A DNA stretch of 64,000 nucleotides from Bacilli bacterium (GTDB taxonomy: Bacteria > Bacillota_I > Bacilli_A > RF39 > UBA660): contig JAAWNF010000002.1 of NCBI GenBank assembly GCA_022798795.1, forward strand, positions 1,871 to 65,870. Direction: 5' to 3'. The translations under genes and the position numbers were made by a program. The notes beneath the pieces were generated by a model. It saw only the letters and a list, made by a program, of their open reading frames with translations, was not told the origin of the DNA and did no database searches. Positions 48,172 through 57,629 of the stretch are shown here, in pieces (the first letter of the stretch is position 1; each line of letters starts with the position of its first letter).

Positions 48172-49041
48172 ATGAATAAATATAGAGCTAATAAACTAAG
48201 AGAATATATTGAAAATTCAGAATTAATTGTTATCAATAGTCATTTTAAAATTCGATTATCTAAAGAATTATTAAAAAAATATGAAAATAATTTATATAAA
48301 ACAGAATTAGATTCTCTTAAAAAACATATCGAAAAAATAAATGCACTAAATATAAAATATCCCGCTAATGCCAATCCAGTATTTTACTTATATATAGTAC
48401 CAGATAGTGATTTTAAGGAATTATTAAATTTTTCACGTTCTTCTATAGGTGGTGGAAAACCTGTTATATCATACGATTTAGATGGATTTAATAGCTCCTA
48501 TGGTTTAAGTAGTAACATGTTAGAAAATACCACTAGTTCAGCTATTCAAGAAACTGTGAATACAATTCATGAATTAGCTCATTTAGTTCATAGTATGTTT
48601 TTTCTAGGAGTAGATAGGTTTATCTGCGAGGGATTTGCTGAAGCTTTGCCACTATATACTATGGATTATGAAAGTATATTTAATCAACATAGAGAACTAT
48701 TAAAATCTTTAAAAAAAGAGCAAATTTTATCTGCTCAAGAATTAATAGAACTAGGAAATAATCAGTTTCATGCAGAACCACTTATTCCTAATACTTCGTG
48801 CTCTTTTGAGCTACCTTACATTTCTTCTTATTTATTTGTAAGAGGTTGTTTAGAAAAGATAGCAAATAAATTTCATCTAAACAGAAATGAAGCGACCCAA
48901 AAGTTCTTAGAGATTGTCAAACAGTCAGAATGCTCTAGTCAATGGCTAGTTTTTGATATTGCAAATGCTATAGGTATTTCTGGAACAGACTTGTTAAATA
49001 AAAAAGATATGCAATTTGATATGATAAATTATATGGCTTGA
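48172..49041 (+). CDS. Hypothetical protein with an HExxH motif (putative Zn-peptidase-like)
   Basis: IHELAHLVH motif. It is flanked by roughly 400 bp of AT-rich non-coding DNA and by terminators. Upstream there is a 10-aa uORF (MFFLFLIVNY) with an AAGGAG SD. Confidence 0.45.
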   Translation: MNKYRANKLREYIENSELIVINSHFKIRLSKELLKKYENNLYKTELDSLKKHIEKINALNIKYPANANPVFYLYIVPDSDFKELLNFSRSSIGGGKPVISYDLDGFNSSYGLSSNMLENTTSSAIQETVNTIHELAHLVHSMFFLGVDRFICEGFAEALPLYTMDYESIFNQHRELLKSLKKEQILSAQELIELGNNQFHAEPLIPNTSCSFELPYISSYLFVRGCLEKIANKFHLNRNEATQKFLEIVKQSECSSQWLVFDIANAIGISGTDLLNKKDMQFDMINYMA

Positions 49042-49149
49042 TTTTTGATTTCTTCTCTAGTATAATACATATAGATGGAAATATTCCATAAAATAAAATG
49101 AGACACGAATAATTTTTTAGGTGTTAAGCGTGTCTAATCATTAGCAACG

Positions 49150-49185
49150 CTTGAACAAATATCAAGCGTCCTTTTTTAATCTTTG
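49150..49185 (+). terminator. Intrinsic terminator of the 48172-49041 gene
   Basis: ACGCUUGA-ACAAAUA-UCAAGCGU followed by CCUUUUUUA. Confidence 0.6.
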
Positions 49186-49188
49186 TTT

Positions 49189-49260
49189 TTAGGTCTTAGG
49201 TCTAATAGTAAAATCAAGATAATTAATATTACTAAATATTCCACGGAATCCTTTCATCAT
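49189..49260 (-). CDS. Small ORF (23 aa, MMKGFRGIFSNINYLDFTIRPKT), a third divergent member of the small-gene family
   Basis: GAGGTGA SD lies 5 nt upstream of the ATG. It is similar to the other two at the nucleotide level (CATCATAGACATCACCTC) and the peptide level (RGI-SN-INY). A TTGTATATT promoter-like motif lies upstream. Confidence 0.35.
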   Translation of the reverse strand: MMKGFRGIFSNINYLDFTIRPKT

Positions 49261-49315
49261 AGACATCACCTCACTTTCACGAGGAACGCTTAACAATTAT
49301 CGTGCTCACTTTTAA

Positions 49316-49353
49316 TATACAAGGAAAAAGAAACGAATTACTAACCTTTTCGT
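49316..49353. terminator. Bidirectional terminator hairpin downstream of the 49358-50125 gene
   Basis: AAAGAAACGAA...UUCGUUUCUUU 11-bp stem with T-rich flanks. Confidence 0.5.
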
Positions 49354-49357
49354 TTCT

Positions 49358-50125
49358 TTATTTTGATATATTTTTTATTTCACTTCTTGAAATAATTCTT
49401 ACAGTTACCTCTTTCATTCCAAGTAATTTGCACTTTACTAATCGATGTAATCCATCTAAAATTACAAATCGTCCTTTATTTTCCATAACATCAATTGGAT
49501 AGGAAATATCTGCTTTCATTACTCGCTCATATTCTTTTTTAAAGGTTTCTGGATGATTCATAACACTTCTTGGCGTCAATGTATACCAGTTTCCATTTGA
49601 GTTCCAAAAAGGAACATCAAAATGCCATTCTAATTTCTGAATATCCATTTCCTCTTTTTCATAATTTAACTTCCAAACATCTTCCTCATTCCAATCAAAA
49701 TCAAAACCATATTCTAATACACTTTTTGGAATTTGTGGTTCTTCCATTTCCCAACTTTTAAAATAAATGCAATTATAATCATTATCAAATTTTATTTCAT
49801 AAATACCATCGTAGCAAATCCCATTCTGTTTTAATTTCCATTCTGCAATTGCCCTATTTTCTTGACATGCTAACAAGATAATTTCAATTGATTCTATTTG
49901 CTCATTTTGAACATGCTGCCACTCTTCTTTTATTTCGTCTATGGTTGTAAATGGTTCCATAAAAGGTGTTTCTTGATAAAACGTTGTATGTTCAAATAAA
50001 GAAACTGCTCCTTCTATATTCTTTTCTAACCAATAATTTTTTAAATTTTCTAACCATTTTTTTATTTTTTCTTCTCTCATATTTATACCTCCAAAATTAT
50101 CTTTTCTATAATCTATTTTCTCCAT
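49358..50125 (-). CDS. Hypothetical protein with a C-terminal ParB/Srx-like motif
   Basis: VILDGLHRLVKCKLLG resembles the ParB/sulfiredoxin DGxHR motif. The N-terminal domain is unknown. Confidence 0.4.
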   Translation of the reverse strand: MEKIDYRKDNFGGINMREEKIKKWLENLKNYWLEKNIEGAVSLFEHTTFYQETPFMEPFTTIDEIKEEWQHVQNEQIESIEIILLACQENRAIAEWKLKQNGICYDGIYEIKFDNDYNCIYFKSWEMEEPQIPKSVLEYGFDFDWNEEDVWKLNYEKEEMDIQKLEWHFDVPFWNSNGNWYTLTPRSVMNHPETFKKEYERVMKADISYPIDVMENKGRFVILDGLHRLVKCKLLGMKEVTVRIISRSEIKNISK

Positions 50126-50149
50126 TACATTTATTATACAATAAAAACT

Positions 50150-51037
50150 TTAAAATTCTATTTTTATCTCTAATTTATCCCCTACTTTAGAGGCTATAAT
50201 CCTTCCTCCAAGTGCTTCTGTAAATTCTTTGGCAATTGCAAGTCCCAGTCCTGTATTTCCATCTGTTCTAGAAATATCAATTGTATAAAATTGGTCAAAT
50301 ATTTTATCAATTTCTAATGCTTCACTATGAAATTTATTGACAAACGTAATCATAACTTTTTTCTTTTGTTTCACTTCTATTGTCAAATTATCTTCACTAT
50401 GTTTTAAAGCATTCAAAATCAAATTATCAAAGATTCTAGATAGCATCATTTTATTAGAAGAAAGTATTATTTTAGATTGTGCATTTTTAAATATTACTTC
50501 TCTATTCTCTCTTTTATAATCTTCATAATAATGCGCAATACATTCTTCTAAGATAGAAATGATATTCACATCTTCTAGTTCATAATGTGAATTCATTTTA
50601 GAGAGTTCAAAAAATTCTTCAATTAATTCTTCCAATCGTTTTAATCTTTCAAACACAATTTGAAGGGCTTTTTCCTTTTCTGCTTCTTTTAAGTCACTAT
50701 GAATCACCATATCTAAATATCCAAGAGCAGAAGTAAGTGGCGTTCTTAAATCATGAGAAATGTTTGTCATCATATTTTGTAAATTTTCTTTTTTCTTTTC
50801 ATAATCAATTCTATTTTTTCTATTCTCTTCAATTAAAAGATTAATTTCTTTGATTTCTTCTAAAAATAAAAAAGAAGCTTTTTCCGTGTGCAAAAGAGTA
50901 TTACTAGAATTCGCTTTTATTTTTTTCATTTCTTTTGTAATCCGATTCACTTCTTTTTTTAGAAGAAACAAATAAAAAAAAGATAGAATAATTATAATAC
51001 CAAACAATATAATAATCCATTCCATCTTCATCACCAC
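50150..51037 (-). CDS. Sensor histidine kinase (single N-terminal TM, no extracellular domain)
   Basis: H-box ISHDLRTPLT plus N and G boxes. Confidence 0.8.
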   Translation of the reverse strand: MVMKMEWIIILFGIIIILSFFYLFLLKKEVNRITKEMKKIKANSSNTLLHTEKASFLFLEEIKEINLLIEENRKNRIDYEKKKENLQNMMTNISHDLRTPLTSALGYLDMVIHSDLKEAEKEKALQIVFERLKRLEELIEEFFELSKMNSHYELEDVNIISILEECIAHYYEDYKRENREVIFKNAQSKIILSSNKMMLSRIFDNLILNALKHSEDNLTIEVKQKKKVMITFVNKFHSEALEIDKIFDQFYTIDISRTDGNTGLGLAIAKEFTEALGGRIIASKVGDKLEIKIEF

Positions 51038-51042
51038 TTTCT

Positions 51043-51882
51043 CTACTTAATTTCTGATTTTTTAAAACTATAATATCCGATTGTATGAAATATCAAAATA
51101 TAGAAAATTCCTAGTACTGTACAAGCTATCAAATACTGAGTGCTTGGATTCTGTGCTATTTTTTCTAAAGCAAATTGAAATTCATAATTATAAAACCAGT
51201 CTGCTTTTATTTTAAATAAACTAGTAATTCCTATTACAACTAGCTGTAATCCTAATATGAAAGGTATTGCAACGGTATTAAAGGTAGAAGTTTTCTTAAA
51301 TAAAAATGCAAAACAAATTAGTAAACTTATTATACCATAAAGAAGAGGTAATTCTAATATTGTTACTTTCGTTACTTCTAATAAGCTAGAAGCAAACTCT
51401 TTTCCATTTATTATGATATTGAGAAAGTAGAAAAAATAAGTATTGAAAAACGTAAAGAATGTTGCCAATAAAAAGATTAACAATGTTTTTGAACCATAAT
51501 ATTTTTTTCTAGAAATTGCTGAAGACAATGTATTTTTGATAGACTTATTAGAAAAATCTGTACAAAGAACAATGACTACAAGTACAATAAATAGATAGTA
51601 AAGGTTCGCATTTGTTCCAATCACTGCTTTGTCAAGTTCAAAAGCCCCTCCACTTTTCATAATTTCTCTTACATCTTTTAATGATTTTGCCTTTGAAAGT
51701 TGTTCTACAAATTCAGCATCATTAATATCTATTGTGGTACTGCCAGATGTTGACATTCCAATGTGTCCTGGAGAGATTCCGATTGCAGATACAAAAGATG
51801 TTAATATTAAAAATACAAATATAATATAGATTGCTTTTCCTTTTAAAATGCGATACATATCTGCTTTCATCATATTAAGCAT
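51043..51882 (-). CDS. ABC-2 family transporter permease
   Basis: 279 aa, 6 TM. Confidence 0.55.
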   Translation of the reverse strand: MLNMMKADMYRILKGKAIYIIFVFLILTSFVSAIGISPGHIGMSTSGSTTIDINDAEFVEQLSKAKSLKDVREIMKSGGAFELDKAVIGTNANLYYLFIVLVVIVLCTDFSNKSIKNTLSSAISRKKYYGSKTLLIFLLATFFTFFNTYFFYFLNIIINGKEFASSLLEVTKVTILELPLLYGIISLLICFAFLFKKTSTFNTVAIPFILGLQLVVIGITSLFKIKADWFYNYEFQFALEKIAQNPSTQYLIACTVLGIFYILIFHTIGYYSFKKSEIK

Positions 51883-51883
51883 A

Positions 51884-52795
51884 TTATAATTCCTCCTTTA
51901 TCACAGTTTTAAAGTATTCCTCTAATGTTATTCCAGTTTCATATAACCCCATAATAGTAATATCATGTGAGATAAGTTCTTTGGATACTTTTTCTGCATG
52001 GTTTAAATAATCATATAGTCTAATTTCATTTATATTTATAATTTTATAATTGGTTGTTTTCAAGTTTGTCTCTAAGACAACACTTGCTTTTTTTGTATCA
52101 TCTGTTTTAATCACAATACATTTACTACATTCTGTATCAAGTTCTTCTTTCGATAATTCTTTGATAACTTTTCCTTTTTCTATGATGCAAAAACGATTTG
52201 CCACCATATAAAGTTCTGACAAAATATGACTAGATATCATAATTGTAATATTTTTTTCTGTATTGAGCTTTTTAAAGGTATCTCTTAACTTACTAATACC
52301 AATTGGGTCTAATCCATTAATTGGTTCATCTAATATAATAAAGTCTGGACTATCTAATATTGCAAAGGCAATACCAAGTCTCTGCTTCATACCTAACGAG
52401 AAATTTTTAAATTTCTTATTTTTTGCTTCCTTTAAGTCAACTAACTCTAGTATTTCATCTATGACATTTTTGTCTGCAATCCCTTTCTGAAAACAATAAT
52501 ACTTTAAATTTTCATAGGCTGTTAAACTTGGGAAAAAAGCTGGATTTTCGATTAAACAACCGATTCTTTTTTTCTTTTCTAGTACATTTTCTTTTTCTCC
52601 AAAAAGTTCATATTCCCCACTTGTCTTATTGGTAAGGGTTGTAATCACTTTCATCAAAGTTGTTTTTCCAGCCCCATTTCTACCAATTAACCCATAAATA
52701 TCCCCTTTGTTAATTTGTATATTCACATTTTCTAAAGCAGTAAAATTATCATATTTTTTCGTTAATTGATTGGTTTTTAAAATTGCTTCTTTCAC
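51884..52795 (-). CDS. ABC transporter ATP-binding protein
   Basis: Walker A GRNGAGKTT, signature LSLGMKQRL and Walker B ILDEP. Confidence 0.85.
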   Translation of the reverse strand: MKEAILKTNQLTKKYDNFTALENVNIQINKGDIYGLIGRNGAGKTTLMKVITTLTNKTSGEYELFGEKENVLEKKKRIGCLIENPAFFPSLTAYENLKYYCFQKGIADKNVIDEILELVDLKEAKNKKFKNFSLGMKQRLGIAFAILDSPDFIILDEPINGLDPIGISKLRDTFKKLNTEKNITIMISSHILSELYMVANRFCIIEKGKVIKELSKEELDTECSKCIVIKTDDTKKASVVLETNLKTTNYKIININEIRLYDYLNHAEKVSKELISHDITIMGLYETGITLEEYFKTVIKEEL

Positions 52796-52866
52796 ATATA
52801 TCCCTCCATAATTTTATTGTATAAAAAAAGTGTTAAAAAAGTCTTAACCCAATTCTTAATTTTTTC

Positions 52867-53535
52867 TTAATTTTTCATTTTATAACCAATACTCCATACC
52901 GTTTCTATATAATCTTCTTCCTGATTACATTCTTTTAATTTATTTCTAATCTTACTAATATGAACGTTTAATGTATTATCATCTACAAATTCATCTTTCC
53001 AAACAAGTTCGAATAACATAGATTTGGTAAATACTCTAGTTGGATTTTCTAATAATGTTTTCAATAATTCAAATTCTTGCTTAGTTAAATTTAGAAGTTT
53101 CCCATTACAAGTAACTGTATAGTCTAATTTATTTATAAGAATATCTTTAAATGATATTATGCTTTTATTTTCTTTCCCATTTTGATGTTTTAAAGCAAGT
53201 TTGATACGTGCTAATAATTCTTTGTTGTCAAATGGCTTGGTTATATAGTCATCAGCTCCTAATTCAAACAAGTCTACTTTTTTATCTACTTCATGAATTG
53301 CACTCATCACAATAATGGGAACCTGATATTTATTCAATAATTCAGTTAAGATTTCCTCGCCATTTTTACCTGGCAACATCAAATCTAATAAAATCAAAGA
53401 TACATTTCCATTATGAACCAATACTCCCTCTGTTCCAGAAAACGCTTGTAGAACTTGATAATGATTGGTTTCTAATAGCTGTTTTAACATATTATTAATA
53501 TCTTTATCATCTTCTATAATTAATATTTTATACAT
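52867..53535 (-). CDS. OmpR-family response regulator
   Basis: Receiver domain (MYKILIIEDD...LLDLMLPG) and a winged-helix C-terminus. Confidence 0.85.
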   Translation of the reverse strand: MYKILIIEDDKDINNMLKQLLETNHYQVLQAFSGTEGVLVHNGNVSLILLDLMLPGKNGEEILTELLNKYQVPIIVMSAIHEVDKKVDLFELGADDYITKPFDNKELLARIKLALKHQNGKENKSIISFKDILINKLDYTVTCNGKLLNLTKQEFELLKTLLENPTRVFTKSMLFELVWKDEFVDDNTLNVHISKIRNKLKECNQEEDYIETVWSIGYKMKN

Positions 53536-53624
53536 ACATAACACATTCCTTTTTATTATTATAAAATAATTTTGTTTCATTTACAATTTTCTAAATTAAA
53601 AAAGTGAACATAATATTCACTTTC

Positions 53625-56225
53625 TTATTCTGTTCTAAGTGCAATGACTGGGTCTTTTTTACTAGCAATCTTAGATGGTATTAAACCAGCTACTACAGTT
53701 AAGCCCATACTAATTACAATCAAAACAATAGCTGCTACAACAGGAACTGCAGTTACAATACTAACATTTGTAAGTTGATAAATCATGTAGTTTATTGGCA
53801 ATGTCAGTAAAACGGTAATGATAATTCCAAGCACTCCTGAAATAAGTCCAACAATTAAAGTTTCTGCATTAAAGACTCTAGAAATATCTTTTTTACTAGC
53901 TCCAATTGCTCTTAAAATTCCAATTTCTTTGGTTCTTTCTAATACCGAAATATAAGTAATAATTCCAATCATAATAGATGAAACAATTAAAGAAATAGCA
54001 ACGAATGCAATCAGAACATAGCTGATAATATCTATAATTTGACTGACTGATTTTAACATAATTCCTACAATATCTGTATAGTTAATTATATTTTCTTCTT
54101 TTCCATTTTTCTTTTGAATATCATTATATTCTGCAATTGCATTTGAAATAGAATCTTTTGATTCAAAATCTTTTGGATAGATATAAATCCCTGTTGGGCT
54201 ATCTAAGTTTATTGCTCCCAACTTGATTAAGTTTTTATCATAACTGGCATTTTTATTTTCTGTATAAGCTTCCATTATCTTTGCAATTTCCTCAGCACTT
54301 AAATTACTTAATGCATATTTTTGCTCTGGAGTTAAAGAATTAAAATCAAAGTTTGGATTTTCATTTTCCTTTGGAAATTCTAGTCCAGAGAAAATATTAA
54401 TGTTTGGATTTTTCATTTGTTCTTTTACAACTTCTGACTCATTTGATTTTTGTATGACATATTCTTTTAATTCTTTTAAATAACCTACTCCACCTGTCAT
54501 TCCTTGTGCCAGAGTCTCTTCATTTTGTCTAATAATTCCAACTACTTTTATTTCTTCGGCTGCTTCTATTTTCTGTTTCATATATTCCTCATCATCGCTT
54601 TTATTCATCCAGATTCCATTCTCATATTTGTAATAATCAGAGTTTAATAAAAGTTTATAAGATAGATTTAGAAGTTCCTCATAAGTGTAAGAGGTTGGCT
54701 TTATTTCTTCTAGTTTTTCACCTTTCATTGCAGATGCAAGTTTTTCTTCTAACTCTTTTTGGTCTTTTAATCCTAAGGCATATAAAGTATAGTCACTAAT
54801 TTCATTATCGTTTCCTACAATTAAAACGACTTCATTATATTTGGATGGCCATACACCTGCTACTAAATCATATTGCGATTTTAGTAATGCTTTGTTATCT
54901 AACATTTCTGTAAAAACATTGGCATCATTACTTGAATGTCCCATAAAGTTAGAAAACATAGAATTTTCTGATGCTTCCATCATTTCTCCCATTCCCATAG
55001 CAGTCATAACAGTACTTGGGTTTACTCTTACAATTCCGTTACTTGTATCTTTTTTATAAAGCTGTAAATTCAAATTATATAAATATTGAATTGCTGAGCT
55101 ATTTTCTTTGATAGAACGATTTTCTTCTATATATTTTTTTAATTCTTTCAAATTATTCGTTTCCATCTTATTAGAAAGCGTTGTTAAAAGATGATTCATA
55201 ATATCAGCAGAATAGATTTTGCCATCTTCCTTTTCTTCTATCTTACTATCTTTATTCCCCATCATAGCTTCAAGCATACTAGACATATCAATTGTAGATT
55301 CCTCTATCATAATTGGATAGGAAGAAATGGTGTCTTTTTCTACTCTATCAATGTAGTTTTGAACGCCTGTTGATATCGCCAAAATAAGAGCAATTCCAAT
55401 AATTCCAATACTTCCTGCAAAAGAAGTTAAAATGGTTCTTCCTTTTTTGGTCATTAAATTGTTCAAACTTAAACGAAAAGCTGTGAAAAAATTCATAGAA
55501 GTTCTTTTCATTGTCTCTATTTTTGGGCTTTCCTTTTCTTCTTTTTCAATTGGATTTGAGTCATCTGTAATTTTTCCATCTAAAATTTTAATAATTCTAC
55601 TAGAATAGCTTTCTGCTAAATCAGGATTATGTGTAACCATAATAATTAATTTATTCTTTGAAATCTCTTTTAGAATTTCCATCACCTGAACACTTGTCTT
55701 TGTGTCCAAAGCACCAGTTGGTTCATCTGCTAAGATGATATCAGGATTATTAACAAGTGCTCTTGCAATTGCAACCCTTTGCATCTGACCACCTGATAAT
55801 TGATTCGGTCTTTTATGAATTTGGTCTTTTAGTCCTACTGATTTTAACGCATCTATCGCTCTTTTTCTTCGTTCTTTTTTAGATACTCCAGAAATAGTAA
55901 GCGCAAGTTCTACATTGGAAAGTACAGTTTGATGACCAATTAAATTATAACTTTGAAATACAAATCCAATAGAATAATTTCTATAGGCATCCCAATCTCT
56001 ATTTTTAAAATTCTTTGTCGATTTTCCATTTATAATTAAGTCTCCACTGGTATAGCGGTCTAACCCTCCAATAATATTTAATAACGTTGTTTTTCCGCAT
56101 CCACTAGGTCCTAATATAGAAACAAATTCAGAATTTCTAAATTCAATATCAATTCCTTTTAACGCTTTTACTTGTTCATCTCCTGAAACATAAGTTTTTT
56201 TTATATTTTTTAATTTTAGCATAGC
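53625..56225 (-). CDS. Fused ABC ATPase/FtsX-family permease (MacB-like)
   Basis: N-terminal NBD (GPSGCGKTT, LSGGQMQRVAIARAL). C-terminal FtsX permease with a large extracytoplasmic domain and 4 TM. Confidence 0.8.
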   Translation of the reverse strand, partial: AMLKLKNIKKTYVSGDEQVKALKGIDIEFRNSEFVSILGPSGCGKTTLLNIIGGLDRYTSGDLIINGKSTKNFKNRDWDAYRNYSIGFVFQSYNLIGHQTVLSNVELALTISGVSKKERRKRAIDALKSVGLKDQIHKRPNQLSGGQMQRVAIARALVNNPDIILADEPTGALDTKTSVQVMEILKEISKNKLIIMVTHNPDLAESYSSRIIKILDGKITDDSNPIEKEEKESPKIETMKRTSMNFFTAFRLSLNNLMTKKGRTILTSFAGSIGIIGIALILAISTGVQNYIDRVEKDTISSYPIMIEESTIDMSSMLEAMMGNKDSKIEEKEDGKIYSADIMNHLLTTLSNKMETNNLKELKKYIEENRSIKENSSAIQYLYNLNLQLYKKDTSNGIVRVNPSTVMTAMGMGEMMEASENSMFSNFMGHSSNDANVFTEMLDNKALLKSQYDLVAGVWPSKYNEVVLIVGNDNEISDYTLYALGLKDQKELEEKLASAMKGEKLEEIKPTSYTYEELLNLSYKLLLNSDYYKYENGIWMNKSDDEEYMKQKIEAAEEIKVVGIIRQNEETLAQGMTGGVGYLKELKEYVIQKSNESEVVKEQMKNPNINIFSGLEFPKENENPNFDFNSLTPEQKYALSNLSAEEIAKIMEAYTENKNASYDKNLIKLGAINLDSPTGIYIYPKDFESKDSISNAIAEYNDIQKKNGKEENIINYTDIVGIMLKSVSQIIDIISYVLIAFVAISLIVSSIMIGIITYISVLERTKEIGILRAIGASKKDISRVFNAETLIVGLISGVLGIIITVLLTLPINYMIYQLTNVSIVTAVPVVAAIVLIVISMGLTVVAGLIPSKIASKKDPVIALRTE

Positions 56226-56291
56226 ATTCTCCTTTTTTTGCACTCTTTTTCTCCATACTACTAAGCATATTAGCATTTTATTTTTTTTATG

Positions 56292-57302
56292 TCAATCTAC
56301 CATCTTGCTTTCTTCTACATATTCTTTGATTTCTTTTAATTTATGCTCTAAAATTTTTGTGTCAATTAATTTCACTTGATATTCAGACACTAATGTTGGT
56401 GACATGCTTCTATTCATAGAATATTTTACAACTTCTTTATTTCGATTGGTACATAAAATAATGCCAACGGAAGGATTTTCATGCTCTTTTTTCACTTGCC
56501 TATCCAAAGCTTCTAAATAGAAATCCATTTTTGAAATGTATTCAGGTGCAAAAGCTCCAATTTTTAGTTCAAAAGCGACTAAACAAGATAAATCACGGTT
56601 ATAAAACAATAAATCGATATAAAAATCCTCTCCGCCTACTTGTATTCGATATTCTTCTCCTATAAAAGTAAAAGATTTTCCTATTTCCAAAATAAATTTT
56701 TTAAAATTTACCATGATTGCTTTTCTGAAATCTTTTTCTGAGTGTTCTAAAGGCAAATTTAAAAATTCAAAACTGTAGATGTCCAAAAATCTTGAATTTG
56801 GGATTTCTGTTTCATTGATAAGTAGCTTTTGACTAAATGGTGCGTTCTTAGAAATCATATAGCGTTCATAATACCCACTCCTAATCTGACGAGACAATTC
56901 TCTTGCTGAATATTGTTCTTTTATGGAAAGTGCTATATAGAATTTTTTGGCCTCTATCGTTTTCACTTTTGATAATATTTCAACATGATTAGACCAATTA
57001 ATTTGTCTCAACAGTGTCGAGACAATTTCAGGAAACTCACAATATGTTTCATAAAATTGTTTCATTCGATAAATTCCTGCACGGTTAAAGCCCTTTAATG
57101 TAGGATATTTATTTTTTATATAGGCAGCCAGATTTTCAACGGTCTTACTCCCCCAATTATCCTGTTTAATTTTTTCAGTTACATATTTTCCAATATCCCA
57201 ATATAGAAAAATCATCTCTTCATTCACTTTTCTATAAGCATTATGTCTTCTTTCTTCTATCATATTTATAATTTCTTGAAACCCAGTGATATCTTCTACC
57301 AT
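56292..57302 (-). CDS. YhcG-family PD-(D/E)xK nuclease (DUF1016)
   Basis: Strong AAAGGAGTGA SD before MVEDITGF. The N-terminal DUF1016 region and a C-terminal PDDEXK-like segment (EDFYIDLLFYNRDLSCLVAFELK) are present. The table ORF has a spurious N-extension. Confidence 0.6.
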   Translation of the reverse strand: MVEDITGFQEIINMIEERRHNAYRKVNEEMIFLYWDIGKYVTEKIKQDNWGSKTVENLAAYIKNKYPTLKGFNRAGIYRMKQFYETYCEFPEIVSTLLRQINWSNHVEILSKVKTIEAKKFYIALSIKEQYSARELSRQIRSGYYERYMISKNAPFSQKLLINETEIPNSRFLDIYSFEFLNLPLEHSEKDFRKAIMVNFKKFILEIGKSFTFIGEEYRIQVGGEDFYIDLLFYNRDLSCLVAFELKIGAFAPEYISKMDFYLEALDRQVKKEHENPSVGIILCTNRNKEVVKYSMNRSMSPTLVSEYQVKLIDTKILEHKLKEIKEYVEESKMVD

Positions 57303-57547
57303 TCTCTCACTCCTTTTTGCTATGTAATGTATCAGTATAGGTATCATATATGGGAATTTCTGATATGTCAAAAATAGAATTTTCCAAATTAGGAAAGAAA
57401 TATAAATCAATTTTAAAAATCTGTACAAAGAATTATTATTTTTGCGAAATTTTTATCTCAATTTCATAGATTTACCTCCATTTCTAGAAATTTTATATTG
57501 ACATGCTTTTCTTTTGAATACAAAAAAGAGAATCCAATAAAATTCTC

Positions 57548-57580
57548 TAATTTTGGTATTCTTCAAAAAAATGAAATGCT
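57548..57580 (-). terminator. Intrinsic terminator downstream of the EVE/nuclease gene
   Basis: AGAGAAU...AUUCUCU hairpin plus UUUUUUG on the minus strand. Confidence 0.5.
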
Positions 57581-57629
57581 TCCAATTTCTGACATCATAT
57601 TCCGCAAAATTTATCTCTTTTTCCTTGGT

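Noticed and set aside
57303-57428. N-terminal 42-codon extension of the YhcG-like ORF
   Set aside because: A strong SD precedes the internal Met (MVEDITGF). The extension is hydrophobic junk and overlaps the upstream terminator region.
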